DNA from: Minisyncoccota bacterium
Lineage (GTDB): Bacteria; Patescibacteriota; Minisyncoccia; Phycocordibacterales; PALSA-1337
Length of the DNA: 64,000 nt
Direction: 5' to 3'
Assembly (NCBI GenBank): GCA_041666915.1
Contig: JBAYFZ010000001.1
Span: 9,086 to 73,085 of the forward strand
Part shown: positions 41,401-51,056 of the stretch, in pieces
Numbering within the stretch: the first letter of the stretch is position 1
Layout: each line of letters starts with the position of its first letter
Program-made: the position numbers and the translations under genes
Notes under the pieces: model-generated
Told to the model about the DNA's origin: nothing
What the model saw: the letters and a program-made list of their open reading frames with translations, nothing else
The model's database searches: none

Positions 41401-42627
41401 TTACTTCTTATTATGTTTAGCCTCAATACTTTTCATGTATTTTGGCAATTCTTCCAAAGAGATAATATCTTGAGAATGGGTATCATTTTTACGTACGATA
41501 GCTGTTCGTTCTACGGCTTCTTTTTTGCCAACCACAATGACGTAAGGAGTGTTGTATTTTTCTACAGATGATACTTGGGCACCAAGTCTATCTTTGGCCA
41601 ACGATAGATATAGAGGGATCTTGACTTGACGAAGACTTTCAATGATTTCAAGGGAAATAAGTTTTGATTGAAGACCAAGCTGGACGAAAGAAGCGATAGG
41701 TTTTTTGGTTTTTGTTATAGGTTTGCGTAGACCGTTTTTGCTCTCTTTGATGAGAAGGGATATGCCAACTCCTGGGATGTCTCGCTTCATAGCTAGACGT
41801 TTTGCTAGATTGTTGTAACGCATACCGACAGCCAAGATATGATCACTCTTTGTTGTCTTGTCATTGTTGAGGATTGTGAAGATCGTCTCGGTCCAATATT
41901 TGCGATTACCCAAAAGACCGTTGTTTACTGTGTAAGGTATTTTCAAAGCTTCAAAAAATTCTAAGATTTCTTCCAAATGTTGACGACCACTTTCTGAAAG
42001 GAAATCCATCGCACGTGGAGCTTTGCTATTTAATTCCTGACAATCTTTGTCGTGGCAAGCTAGAAGTTCAAAAGCATCTTTCTTGAAAAGCTCACGACTA
42101 TTGGTGGACATCTCATTTATGTGTTTGCGGTAGTAAGCAGTAAGTTCTCTAGAGAAACGACCGAGGGAGTCACGGTCTCCTATAGAATTTATTTCTACGG
42201 TAGTAGAAGTATAACCTTCTTCGGCTAGCATCATTCTGGCTGTCTGGATGAGAGTTGCCTCTGCAATAGGTCCAGAAGGTCCTAGGATTTCTAGATCAGC
42301 GTATCTGTGTGCACCAGAACCTCTGCAAGAATCTTTGAAATAAAGCATTACTGGTTGAGGGGCAGAATGCATGTTTAGCTCGTGGTATGTACGAATAAGA
42401 GCTATTTTTTCTTCTACGTGTAAAGGTAACCTTTTATGATTTTCAGTTTCATCGTCTATGTAGTCATTACCAATGATATCTTTTACAGCATCAAGATCAG
42501 CTTTGCCTATTGAAGGACTTTTTATAGGTGTAAATCCGTAGTACACAGCAACTTCTCCAATCTTATCTAAATGGTCATGAGCAATAAATTTTGAGCCACT
42601 TGATTCATTTTTTTTATTTTTGTTCAT
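41401..42627 (-). CDS. Degenerate HisRS paralog with anticodon-binding domain
   Basis: YYGF, EINSIGD, APRAMDFL, GMRYNNL and C-terminal HGTP anticodon domain; motif 2 eroded. Confidence 0.8.
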   Translation of the reverse strand: MNKNKKNESSGSKFIAHDHLDKIGEVAVYYGFTPIKSPSIGKADLDAVKDIIGNDYIDDETENHKRLPLHVEEKIALIRTYHELNMHSAPQPVMLYFKDSCRGSGAHRYADLEILGPSGPIAEATLIQTARMMLAEEGYTSTTVEINSIGDRDSLGRFSRELTAYYRKHINEMSTNSRELFKKDAFELLACHDKDCQELNSKAPRAMDFLSESGRQHLEEILEFFEALKIPYTVNNGLLGNRKYWTETIFTILNNDKTTKSDHILAVGMRYNNLAKRLAMKRDIPGVGISLLIKESKNGLRKPITKTKKPIASFVQLGLQSKLISLEIIESLRQVKIPLYLSLAKDRLGAQVSSVEKYNTPYVIVVGKKEAVERTAIVRKNDTHSQDIISLEELPKYMKSIEAKHNKK

Positions 42628-42646
42628 GTTTTTGTCTGTTAATTGA

Positions 42647-43264
42647 TTATTGATTATATTCACCAGGTAATATTGACATAGTAGTTATTGGTAAAAGCCT
42701 AACAATAGGTCTACCTACTATGTAATGTTTATCTAGAGGTCCCCACAATCTAGAATCTGAACTCTCTGCGCGATTGTCTCCCATGACGAAATATTCCGTA
42801 GGTCCGAGATTTGTGTGGAATGTGTCGTATGAGCGGTGAATGCTTTTTACATAAGGTTCTTTCAAAACTGTTTGATTGTTTGGAATTGTAGAAGTTGAAG
42901 AAGGGTTGCTTATTGTGATAGTCCCATCTTTTATATCTAGAGTTTCTCCAGGTAAACCAATGATACGTTTGATGTAATAAGTACTTGGATTGTTGGGATA
43001 TTCAAAGACAATCACATCTCCACGCGATGGCGCTTCAAGACGATATGTTAGACGATCAACAATGAGAAATTGTCCCGTAGCGAAAGTTGGGTCCATAGAA
43101 GCACCGTTTACAATGAAAGGTTCCGCAATAAAGAAACGGATCGGAAGAGATATGAGTAGGGCAATGACTATAACTTGTATCCACTCGCGAACATCGTCCC
43201 AAAATGTCTTTTTAATGATAACGACTGGAGTATTAGTGGTAGAAAGATTGTCTGAAGGCTCCAT
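42647..43264 (-). CDS. lepB: Signal peptidase I
   Basis: GASMDPT, YIKRIIGLPG, GDNRAESSDSR. Confidence 0.95.
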   Translation of the reverse strand: MEPSDNLSTTNTPVVIIKKTFWDDVREWIQVIVIALLISLPIRFFIAEPFIVNGASMDPTFATGQFLIVDRLTYRLEAPSRGDVIVFEYPNNPSTYYIKRIIGLPGETLDIKDGTITISNPSSTSTIPNNQTVLKEPYVKSIHRSYDTFHTNLGPTEYFVMGDNRAESSDSRLWGPLDKHYIVGRPIVRLLPITTMSILPGEYNQ

Positions 43265-43332
43265 GATTAGGCCATTATAGTACAAAAAACGGTTTTACAC
43301 AAATCGTCTTTTATTCTATACTGTTTTGTATT

Positions 43333-43926
43333 ATGCCTTACATTATTGCAGGTCTAGGGAATCCAGGAGAAGAATATGAGAATACACGACATAATACAGG
43401 TCGTATGATTCTTGATTTTGTTGTAAAAGAATATGGTGATGAATTTGAATTTAATAAAAAGCTAAATTCAAAAGTTTGTCAGGCGAAAATCGGAAAAGAA
43501 AAAGCTACACTAATTGCTCCAGAAACTTTTATGAATCTTTCTGGTAAAGCTATTGCTCCACTTGTAAAAAGTGTCAAAGCGGCAGAAAAATTGATCGTTA
43601 TTTATGATGATTTTAGTTTACCTTTGGGTCGTATGAGGATTTCGTATAACAGGAGTTCTGGTGGACACAATGGCTTGGAGTCCATCATCAAAGCTGTGAA
43701 GACAGAAGCTTTTTTGCGTATTCGTATCGGTACTGCTCCAGAAAATGCAAAAGGTAATGCTAAACTCATAAACGGCGAAGATAAAATTGAAAAATTTATT
43801 CTTGGAAAATTCAAAGATGATGAATTGAAAGAATTGAAAGCTGTAGGGAAGAGAGTTACCGAAGCGGTTCTTACAATAATCAAAGAGGGAAGGGAAAAGG
43901 CTATGAGTGTTTACAATGGGATGTAA
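43333..43926 (+). CDS. pth: Peptidyl-tRNA hydrolase
   Basis: GLGNPG, TRHN, TFMNLSG, GGHNG. Confidence 0.96.
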   Translation: MPYIIAGLGNPGEEYENTRHNTGRMILDFVVKEYGDEFEFNKKLNSKVCQAKIGKEKATLIAPETFMNLSGKAIAPLVKSVKAAEKLIVIYDDFSLPLGRMRISYNRSSGGHNGLESIIKAVKTEAFLRIRIGTAPENAKGNAKLINGEDKIEKFILGKFKDDELKELKAVGKRVTEAVLTIIKEGREKAMSVYNGM

Positions 43927-43984
43927 CAAAAAACAGCATTGCCTAAAAGGTATGCTGTTTTGAATTCGGCATTAACGCCTCCTA

Positions 43985-44194
43985 TTAGTCTGCCACACAA
44001 GCGTGAGCCGTGTCGCATCCTCGACTGAAAACTAATCCACAACGTGGGCATGTTTTCGGATCATCTTCCTTTTTTACAGGAATTTCCGTCTCATTACCAA
44101 GAGTGTGTTTTTGTGAATAATCGCCAAACAATCCTCCGTCTTCATCAGCCAACATCCTCGCCATAAGGATTTGGCTGTTGAAACTTTTTGACAT
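43985..44194 (-). CDS. Small hypothetical protein with C-terminal CxxC...CxxxHxC
   Basis: GAAAGG upstream; Cys/His cluster. Confidence 0.45.
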   Translation of the reverse strand: MSKSFNSQILMARMLADEDGGLFGDYSQKHTLGNETEIPVKKEDDPKTCPRCGLVFSRGCDTAHACVAD

Positions 44195-44395
44195 AAGATT
44201 CCTTTCTCCAGTCCGATGAAATATTAGCATTATCTTTGATAGTGTTCAATATTTAATTGTTGGTGTAGCTTGATTGACTACCAAATAATTTTGTTGTAGG
44301 GTCTTAAAAGAATCGATAAATCGATAAAGCCAAAAGCACGGCTCAGTGTGCTCATTTGAACATTAAAATAAATCAACAGACTGGAGAACTTTCTA

Positions 44396-45265
44396 ATGAT
44401 AACTCTTTCAAACGGTCACGCGTTCAACTATATGGTTGCAAGCGGGGCTCTCGCCTTTGATGGTAAAGGCTGGCTTTGGGAACGACCACTGGTGTGGCTC
44501 GGTCTCATTAAACCTGAACTCTTCACTGTAGTGATCAAATCTTTGACTCGTAATCCGCGTCAAGGAAATCTTCGATGGTGGAAACCTTGGGCTTGCGTTC
44601 GTCTGATCCCTGGTGGTTCGGTCAATAAAGTAGGACTTACAAATCCCGGTATTGAATGGTGGTGTAGGGAAGTTGGTCCTAATATTGATTTTCAAAAGTT
44701 TCCGACAGCCGGATCAATTTTCGGTGATGAAAGAGAACTTGTGGAAATGGCAGAGATGCTCAATCGCTTCGATCTTGTTGCGCTTGAAGTCAACGTCTCA
44801 TGTCCAAACACTGGTCATGCTATGGAAATGGTAGAAATGGTTGTGAACAGTGTGAAGGCAGTCAAACGTGTTTCGCGTCATCCCGTCATTGTCAAAGTCT
44901 CGGCTGATCAGGACTATCTCACTATTGTACGTGGACTTGTTGGAATTGTGGAAGCAGTTTCACTCAATAGCGTACCTTGGAAGACAGTTTTTACTAACGG
45001 CGAGCAAACACCTTTGTGGAAGCTCGAGAAACAAGTCGGTGGTGGAGGCGGAGGCGTCTCTGGCAAACCGGCACAGAAGTACAACTGGCCAGCAGTCGAA
45101 GCTCTTGCAAAACAAGGATCGCTCCCAGTGATCGGTCCAAGTGTCATGGAATTTGAAGATATGGAAAAACTCCGGAGACTCGGCGCGAAAGCGATCGGCT
45201 TCGGTGCAATTCATTTACGGACTCCATGGAAGCCAACAGCAATCGTCAGAAAGGAAGACTTATGA
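44396..45265 (+). CDS. pyrD: Dihydroorotate dehydrogenase family 1-like
   Basis: ASG, NKVGLTNPG, EVNVSCPN, GGVSG. Confidence 0.85.
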   Translation: MITLSNGHAFNYMVASGALAFDGKGWLWERPLVWLGLIKPELFTVVIKSLTRNPRQGNLRWWKPWACVRLIPGGSVNKVGLTNPGIEWWCREVGPNIDFQKFPTAGSIFGDERELVEMAEMLNRFDLVALEVNVSCPNTGHAMEMVEMVVNSVKAVKRVSRHPVIVKVSADQDYLTIVRGLVGIVEAVSLNSVPWKTVFTNGEQTPLWKLEKQVGGGGGGVSGKPAQKYNWPAVEALAKQGSLPVIGPSVMEFEDMEKLRRLGAKAIGFGAIHLRTPWKPTAIVRKEDL

Positions 45266-46359
45266 AAGAGAACTCAGTAACAATACCTCGGTGGTTTGAT
45301 CGCCACCTCCACATCCGCGATGGTGAGATGATGAAAATGGTCCTTCCGTCTACGCTTAAACAGCGTGCAACGGGAGCGATTATCATGCCGAATCTAACAA
45401 GTCCAATCTCTACGATTGAGAAAGCGAAAGCCTATCGAAAACGTATTGATGAGGTTAGAAGTGGTTATTTTATGAATCGCATTCCATTCATTGGTAATGG
45501 TGAAAATCAATTCATGCCGTGTATGACTTGTTATCTCACGGACGATACAAGTCCAGAAGAAGTCGTACGTGGATTCAAAGATGGTGTCTGGCGAGCAGTG
45601 AAACTCTATATGGCCAATCAAAAAGGTCAAGGTGGAACTACTGGTTCAGCACATGGTGTGAGGAATCTTCTTGGTCGCTATCCAGTGTTTGAAGCAATGG
45701 AGAAATATAAAATTCCATTGCTCGGACACTTTGAAGCGGTTGAAGAAAATGTTGACGAATTTGATCGCGAGATCGTTTCCGTTGATCGTGATCTCAAGCC
45801 CATCCTCAGGTCCTTTCCAGGATTGCCGGTGGTCTTTGAACATATCACTGACGGACGTGCAGCCGAATTCGTTTCATTAGCTCCGGCACTTGGCTATGAA
45901 GAAGTATATGCCACCGTGACGGCTCATCACCTCATGATCAATCGTAATGCGATGTTTTGGGGTGGTATGAATCCCGGTCACTATTGCAAGCCTGTACCGA
46001 AGCGTGAAATACATCGGCAACGCATTCGTGAATATGTAACTTCGGGTCATCCTCGTTTTGGAGCAGGAACAGATTCCGCCCCTCATGATGAAAGCGTTAA
46101 GTCTCGTTGCTACGGTTGCGCGGCTGGCATATTCACTGCCTCATCGGCCGTCGAGCTTTATGCGACCGTCTTTGACGAAGAAAACGCACTTGAACATCTC
46201 GGTCCGTTTCTTTCTGAAAACTTCCTTGGAATTTATGGTATGGAAGTGAGTTCGGAGACGATGACGATTGAACGTACTGCTCTGATGGTTCCAAAGAAAG
46301 TTGGTTCTGTTCAGGTTTTCACAGGAGGTACGGAACTTCCTTGGAAACTCGTTGGTTAA
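45262..46359 (+). CDS. pyrC: Dihydroorotase, type II
   Basis: DRHLHIRDG, MPN, KLY, EHIT, YCKPVPK, GTDSAPH. Confidence 0.9.
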   Translation: MKENSVTIPRWFDRHLHIRDGEMMKMVLPSTLKQRATGAIIMPNLTSPISTIEKAKAYRKRIDEVRSGYFMNRIPFIGNGENQFMPCMTCYLTDDTSPEEVVRGFKDGVWRAVKLYMANQKGQGGTTGSAHGVRNLLGRYPVFEAMEKYKIPLLGHFEAVEENVDEFDREIVSVDRDLKPILRSFPGLPVVFEHITDGRAAEFVSLAPALGYEEVYATVTAHHLMINRNAMFWGGMNPGHYCKPVPKREIHRQRIREYVTSGHPRFGAGTDSAPHDESVKSRCYGCAAGIFTASSAVELYATVFDEENALEHLGPFLSENFLGIYGMEVSSETMTIERTALMVPKKVGSVQVFTGGTELPWKLVG

Positions 46360-46531
46360 GATTAAAAACAACTCAGCCCTGACACTTAATTGTTGTCGGG
46401 GCTGATTTTTTGTTGTCGGCTTTACTATTTACAGATTTTAAGCTAATGTTCATTTAGAGTTAACTTAGTTGACACAGGTCAAGGCGCTACCTTAAAGCGT
46501 CAATTTTGAACATTAAAAAAAGAGAATAGTT

Positions 46532-47293
46532 ATGAAGCCAATTATGAAGCCAATCAATCCATATCCAGGAGAAAGTCTCATGGAACTTGGGAAACGTTGC
46601 GATGCAGTATATATCCGCCCAAAAGTTGGTTCTGAGCGTAAGGGACCTTTGGTTGCCTACGCAGGAAAAGATAGCAAAGGACGGAATCTCGTCGGAAATA
46701 TTTACTTCAACTTCCGGCGGATTGAATCTCATCTGAAAGTCGTCGAGATGTTTGCCGAAGTTGCCTGTCAGAAACTTCGCGATCAAAACCTGCTCGACAC
46801 GTTCGACACTGTCTGTGGAATTCCGCAAGGTGGGCGAACATTTGGTCAGGAGCTAGCACGTATTGCTGGTAAACGGTTTGTGTATGCAGACAAGAAACCG
46901 AAACCGACAGAAGCGGGTAAGAAACAGGAATATACGTGGGACCTCTCGCAGTTTGATTTCGAGAAAGGTGAACGCATCGCCATCGCGGAAGACGTTTTTA
47001 ACAACTTCCAAAATACCGATAACACCTTGGCCGAGGTCGCTGCTACTGGAGCGGAGATTGTACTCCTTGTTGGAGCACTCAATCGTTCTCCTGTTTACGA
47101 AATGTCCTACATGCCAAAAAGTGGTTTGTTCGCTGGAAAAGATCTGCCTGTTGTTGCTTCTATTCGTGAAGCGTATCCCGAATACGAACAGGATGATCCT
47201 GCGGTTGCGAACGATATCGCTGCTGGGAGACTCGAACTGGAAGTGAAGAAAAACTGGGCGCGTCTCTGCGCAGTAATGGAACAGTATTCTTAG
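46532..47293 (+). CDS. pyrE: Orotate phosphoribosyltransferase-like
   Basis: PRPP-binding IAIAEDVFNN, YADKK; position in pyr cluster. Confidence 0.75.
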   Translation: MKPIMKPINPYPGESLMELGKRCDAVYIRPKVGSERKGPLVAYAGKDSKGRNLVGNIYFNFRRIESHLKVVEMFAEVACQKLRDQNLLDTFDTVCGIPQGGRTFGQELARIAGKRFVYADKKPKPTEAGKKQEYTWDLSQFDFEKGERIAIAEDVFNNFQNTDNTLAEVAATGAEIVLLVGALNRSPVYEMSYMPKSGLFAGKDLPVVASIREAYPEYEQDDPAVANDIAAGRLELEVKKNWARLCAVMEQYS

Positions 47294-47322
47294 ACCAAAA
47301 GAAAAAAAGAAAGGAAAATAGT

Positions 47323-48072
47323 ATGCAAAAAATATTGACACCGGCGGAACGGTTGATCGTTGCTGCTGATTTCAAACCGGGACAGCCTTGGGAAAAATTC
47401 TACGGCAGAGTGGGGGTTCGATCACAGGTTCTTGCGTTAGCCAACAGTCTCAAAGGAACCGGGGTCTACCTCAAGGTAAACTCTGCTCTACGAGCTTGTG
47501 GTTACGATTTGATCAGTGAGATTCAATCATGTGGTTTGCGAGTCTTCGCTGACCTAAAGCTCTACGATATCGGTGAGACTCTGTCTACAGATGGAATCTT
47601 ATTGAAGGAAGCGAAGCCAGAATTGCTTACTACTGTCTGTTCGGCAGGAGTTCTAGCGATGCAAGCACTCAAGAAAGAATTACCTGATACGGAAGTGCTC
47701 GGTGTAACAGTTCTCACGAGTCTCAATGGGGCAGATGTGCAGAAAATCTATTCCAGCGACATTGGTGCTACAGTCTTAATGTTAGCTAAACATGCCCTGG
47801 TTGCAGGTATTGACGGTTGGATTTGTTCTCCAAAGGAAGCATCAACACTTCGGACATTAAGTGATCGTATGAGCATCAACACTCCTGGAATTCGGCCGAC
47901 ATGGGCTATCGTCCCTGGTGATGATCAGAATCCGGAACGGATTATGACTCCTGCAAAAGCCATTAAGGCTGGTGCGGATCGTATCGTCATCGGTAGACCG
48001 ATTGTTAAGGCTGAAAAACCATACGACGCGGTCATGCGGACAATTGATGAAATCGCTTCGGCTGTGACGTAG
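47323..48072 (+). CDS. pyrF: Orotidine-5'-phosphate decarboxylase
   Basis: FADLKLYDIGET, VTVLTS, TPGIRP, GRPI. Confidence 0.95.
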   Translation: MQKILTPAERLIVAADFKPGQPWEKFYGRVGVRSQVLALANSLKGTGVYLKVNSALRACGYDLISEIQSCGLRVFADLKLYDIGETLSTDGILLKEAKPELLTTVCSAGVLAMQALKKELPDTEVLGVTVLTSLNGADVQKIYSSDIGATVLMLAKHALVAGIDGWICSPKEASTLRTLSDRMSINTPGIRPTWAIVPGDDQNPERIMTPAKAIKAGADRIVIGRPIVKAEKPYDAVMRTIDEIASAVT

Positions 48073-48201
48073 TCAACATGGAAAGTTCTTATCAACAATT
48101 AGCTCGCTCACTTCGGTGGCGGGCTAATTTTTTATATAAATTTTTAAATAAAAAAAGAGCGCCACCTTATGATGACGCCGTTTTGAGTAATGTGAAGCAT
48201 A

Positions 48202-48447
48202 TCAGTCTGCTTGGCAAATATGTTCCATCATCAATTCTCGTGGCACTTTCTTGCCACACACATCACATGTTACAGATGAGCAATCTTCTTCTGGAACCGT
48301 GCTGGGCATTAGGAGACATTGCGAAGGAAAAGGATCTTCGAGAAATCTCACGTCTCCTGCAATTGGTCTGCCTATTCTGACTGCGGATGTACAACTCTCT
48401 AGAACTGTTGGCATAGGAACCTTTCTGCTAAAGATTTTCACCACCAT
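48202..48447 (-). CDS. Small Cys-rich hypothetical protein (possible Zn finger)
   Basis: CDVC...HIC; start uncertain. Confidence 0.4.
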   Translation of the reverse strand: MVVKIFSRKVPMPTVLESCTSAVRIGRPIAGDVRFLEDPFPSQCLLMPSTVPEEDCSSVTCDVCGKKVPRELMMEHICQAD

Positions 48448-48481
48448 TTAAAAAATACCATATTTTTAAAATATTAACAAT

Positions 48482-48513
48482 CAAAAAACCCTTCGACAAG
48501 CTCAGGGTTTTTT
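48482..48513 (-). terminator. rpsA terminator built on a CTTCGACAAGCTCAG-type palindrome
   Basis: CAAAAAACCC-TTCGACAAGCTCA-GGGTTTTTTG. Confidence 0.7.
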
Positions 48514-48524
48514 GAGAGTGATAA

Positions 48525-49814
48525 TTATTTCTTTTCTCCTGAATAAGCTAATGCCATCTTTTGTTCCTTAGGATCAAACAAGGTTATCTTGAAGTCATAA
48601 GTCTTACCCAATTCTAGAGATTTCTTGAGTTTTTCTTCAGAACCAAATTCTGAGACATGGACTAGACCGGCGACACCTTCTTCTATAGAAGCTAATGCAC
48701 CATGTTTGTTGAATTTGATAATAACTCCAGAGACAGACATATCTTTCTTGTATTTCTTTGCAGCTTCGGTCCAAGGGTTGGTCTTCAATTGTTTGAGTGA
48801 TAGGGAAATCTTGCCATCCTTGATCTCAATAATCTTGGCTTTGACTTTCTGGCCAACCTTTACAAAGTTGCGTGGATCATCAACAAGTCCCCAATCAATC
48901 TCGGAAATATGAATGAGTCCTTCCAAACCTTCTTCAAGTTTGACGAATACTCCGAAATCAACGATACCTGTGATAGTACCTTCAACATCGTCACCGATCT
49001 CATACTTACTGACGATTTTCTCTTTTTCTTTTGATTCAGAACCTTTCTCTGAGAAGATGAGCTTACCTTCTTTTGGATCAGCAGTGATGATAGCGACTTG
49101 CAAGCGTGTGCCAATGAGTTTCTTGAGCTCATCTAGAATCTTGTCCTTGTCACCATCAGAAATGCGAGGGTAATGATCGGTCTTGAGCTGTGAAGCTGGT
49201 AGGAAACCGAGGATGCCTTGCCATTCAATGAGAAGTCCACCTTTGTTGGCTTCTTTGACTGGAAGGTCAAGAACTTTCTTTTCTCTGATAGCAATCTCTG
49301 CTTCATTCCAAATGAGAGCTTGGCGAGCTTCCTTGAGAGAAAGTTCGTAATAGCCTTCTTTGTGAGCTGTATCAACGATCTTTGCGGCGATAACATCACC
49401 AACGTTTATTTTTTTGATAACGTCACGAGCAATGATAAATTCACGACCGTATATGATACCGGTTCCGAATGGTGCTAGATCTACGTAGACTGAAGATTTT
49501 TCAACTGCGATAACAGAACCTTCCACCAAATCACCGATGATTGGAGGGTTTTTCATTGTCTCGGACAATTTGCCCATGACACTGGACTTCTGTTCCTCGG
49601 TCAATTCCATATCACCCTTATTCTTTTTTACCTCACCAACTTCTTTTTTGTCTGTTGATGTAGAGTTTTTGGCTGACTTTTTTGGAGATGCAACCTTGGT
49701 CTCTTTTGTTGCCTCTTCGGTTTTTGCTGTTACTACTGTCTTTGTTTCTGGATCCACTACGGTCTCTGACTTGTCTTTATGACCAGTCAAAGTCTCTTTT
49801 AATTTTTTGAACAT
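48525..49814 (-). CDS. rpsA: 30S ribosomal protein bS1 (four S1 domains)
   Basis: NKGGL, GFLPASQL, DFGVFV, GLIHISE, GLVHVSE. Confidence 0.9.
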   Translation of the reverse strand: MFKKLKETLTGHKDKSETVVDPETKTVVTAKTEEATKETKVASPKKSAKNSTSTDKKEVGEVKKNKGDMELTEEQKSSVMGKLSETMKNPPIIGDLVEGSVIAVEKSSVYVDLAPFGTGIIYGREFIIARDVIKKINVGDVIAAKIVDTAHKEGYYELSLKEARQALIWNEAEIAIREKKVLDLPVKEANKGGLLIEWQGILGFLPASQLKTDHYPRISDGDKDKILDELKKLIGTRLQVAIITADPKEGKLIFSEKGSESKEKEKIVSKYEIGDDVEGTITGIVDFGVFVKLEEGLEGLIHISEIDWGLVDDPRNFVKVGQKVKAKIIEIKDGKISLSLKQLKTNPWTEAAKKYKKDMSVSGVIIKFNKHGALASIEEGVAGLVHVSEFGSEEKLKKSLELGKTYDFKITLFDPKEQKMALAYSGEKK

Positions 49815-49996
49815 TTTTGTATGTCTCCGCTCCGCTTTTTAAACTATTAATATTATTGCGGGATAACGCGAGACTATTAAAATACGGCCAATGCCGTGTC
49901 GCTAGAATCTAGCATTTAATAGGGGTTTTTACAAGGTCTATCGCCAGCTGGCGAATGAGAGTAGACCTTGAAGTCGCATTGTGATAAATTGTAAAC

Positions 49997-50617
49997 ATGA
50001 TTATCACTTATTTAGGAGGAGCATTTGTAAAAGTCCAATTCGGAGATACGGTCCTTGCTTTCAATCCAGTTTCAAAAGATTCAGAGATGAAAACTGCCAA
50101 GTTTGGTGCAGACATCGTCCTTTCTAGTCTCAATCATCCAGATATGAATGGTTTGGATCAAGTATCATTTGGCGACAAGAAAGCTTTTTCTATTACTGGT
50201 CCAGGGGAATACGAAGTCAAAGATGTTTTTATAAAAGGTCTTAGTTCAGAATCTGGTTATGGTGGAGAAAAGCGCATAAACACTGTTTACAGCGTTTCCT
50301 TGGAAGGTATGAACATCTGTTTTTTGGGAGCAGTCAATACTCCAGAATTACCAAAGGAAGCTGACGAAGCTATAGATGGTGTTGATATATTATTTGTTCC
50401 AATAGGTGGTAATGGGGTACTTGGTCCGTCAGATGCTTATAAGCTAGCGGTATCTCTGGAACCAAAGATCATTATTCCAATATTACATGATGCCGTTTCT
50501 TTGAAATCTTTTCTCAAGGAGGCAGGTGAAAATCCAAAGCCAGAAACAAAGATCACTTTGAAGAAAAAAGATCTAGAAGAGAAGGAGGCCGAAGTTGTTG
50601 TCCTTGAAAAGGAATAG
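49997..50617 (+). CDS. MBL-fold protein (Lactamase_B_3-like)
   Basis: ITYLG, GPGEYEV, DILFVPIGG, EPKIIIP. Confidence 0.85.
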   Translation: MIITYLGGAFVKVQFGDTVLAFNPVSKDSEMKTAKFGADIVLSSLNHPDMNGLDQVSFGDKKAFSITGPGEYEVKDVFIKGLSSESGYGGEKRINTVYSVSLEGMNICFLGAVNTPELPKEADEAIDGVDILFVPIGGNGVLGPSDAYKLAVSLEPKIIIPILHDAVSLKSFLKEAGENPKPETKITLKKKDLEEKEAEVVVLEKE

Positions 50618-50688
50618 TTGATTGTTGTTCTATTTGGTATAATAACTCTATTGTTAGAGTGGCTTCGTTAGGGATTTTTCATTATAAA

Positions 50689-50982
50689 ATGTCTTTACAA
50701 GATCATATAGAAAATCTAAGAGCTAAACCTGAACATATTCGTAAGCGATATTCTTTTTCTATCTCTCTAGGTGTTACAGCTATCATTTTTGCATTTTGGA
50801 TAAGTTCATTTGGTGGTCATTCCAATGATGTCGTCGCTACAGCTGTAAATAAGATTGAGACACCAGGACGATCTATGATTGCCAGTGTAGGCTCATTCTT
50901 TGTTGATATTAGAGATATTGTATTTGGTCCAAAGAAAGTCAATTATACTTCTACCGTAGAGGTCAAACCGGGGAGGAAGTAA
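50689..50982 (+). CDS. Small single-TM hypothetical protein
   Basis: LRAKPEHIRKR followed by a TM helix. Confidence 0.7.
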   Translation: MSLQDHIENLRAKPEHIRKRYSFSISLGVTAIIFAFWISSFGGHSNDVVATAVNKIETPGRSMIASVGSFFVDIRDIVFGPKKVNYTSTVEVKPGRK

Positions 50983-51056
50983 TACCCGTCAAACTCTATA
51001 ATCACTTGGAAAAAATACTTTTTTCTGCTAAACTGAAGATTCAGAACTCATAAAAC

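Noticed and set aside
48078-48380. 100-aa plus-strand ORF after pyrF
   Set aside because: It runs through the pyrF terminator hairpin and overlaps a more plausible minus-strand ORF.
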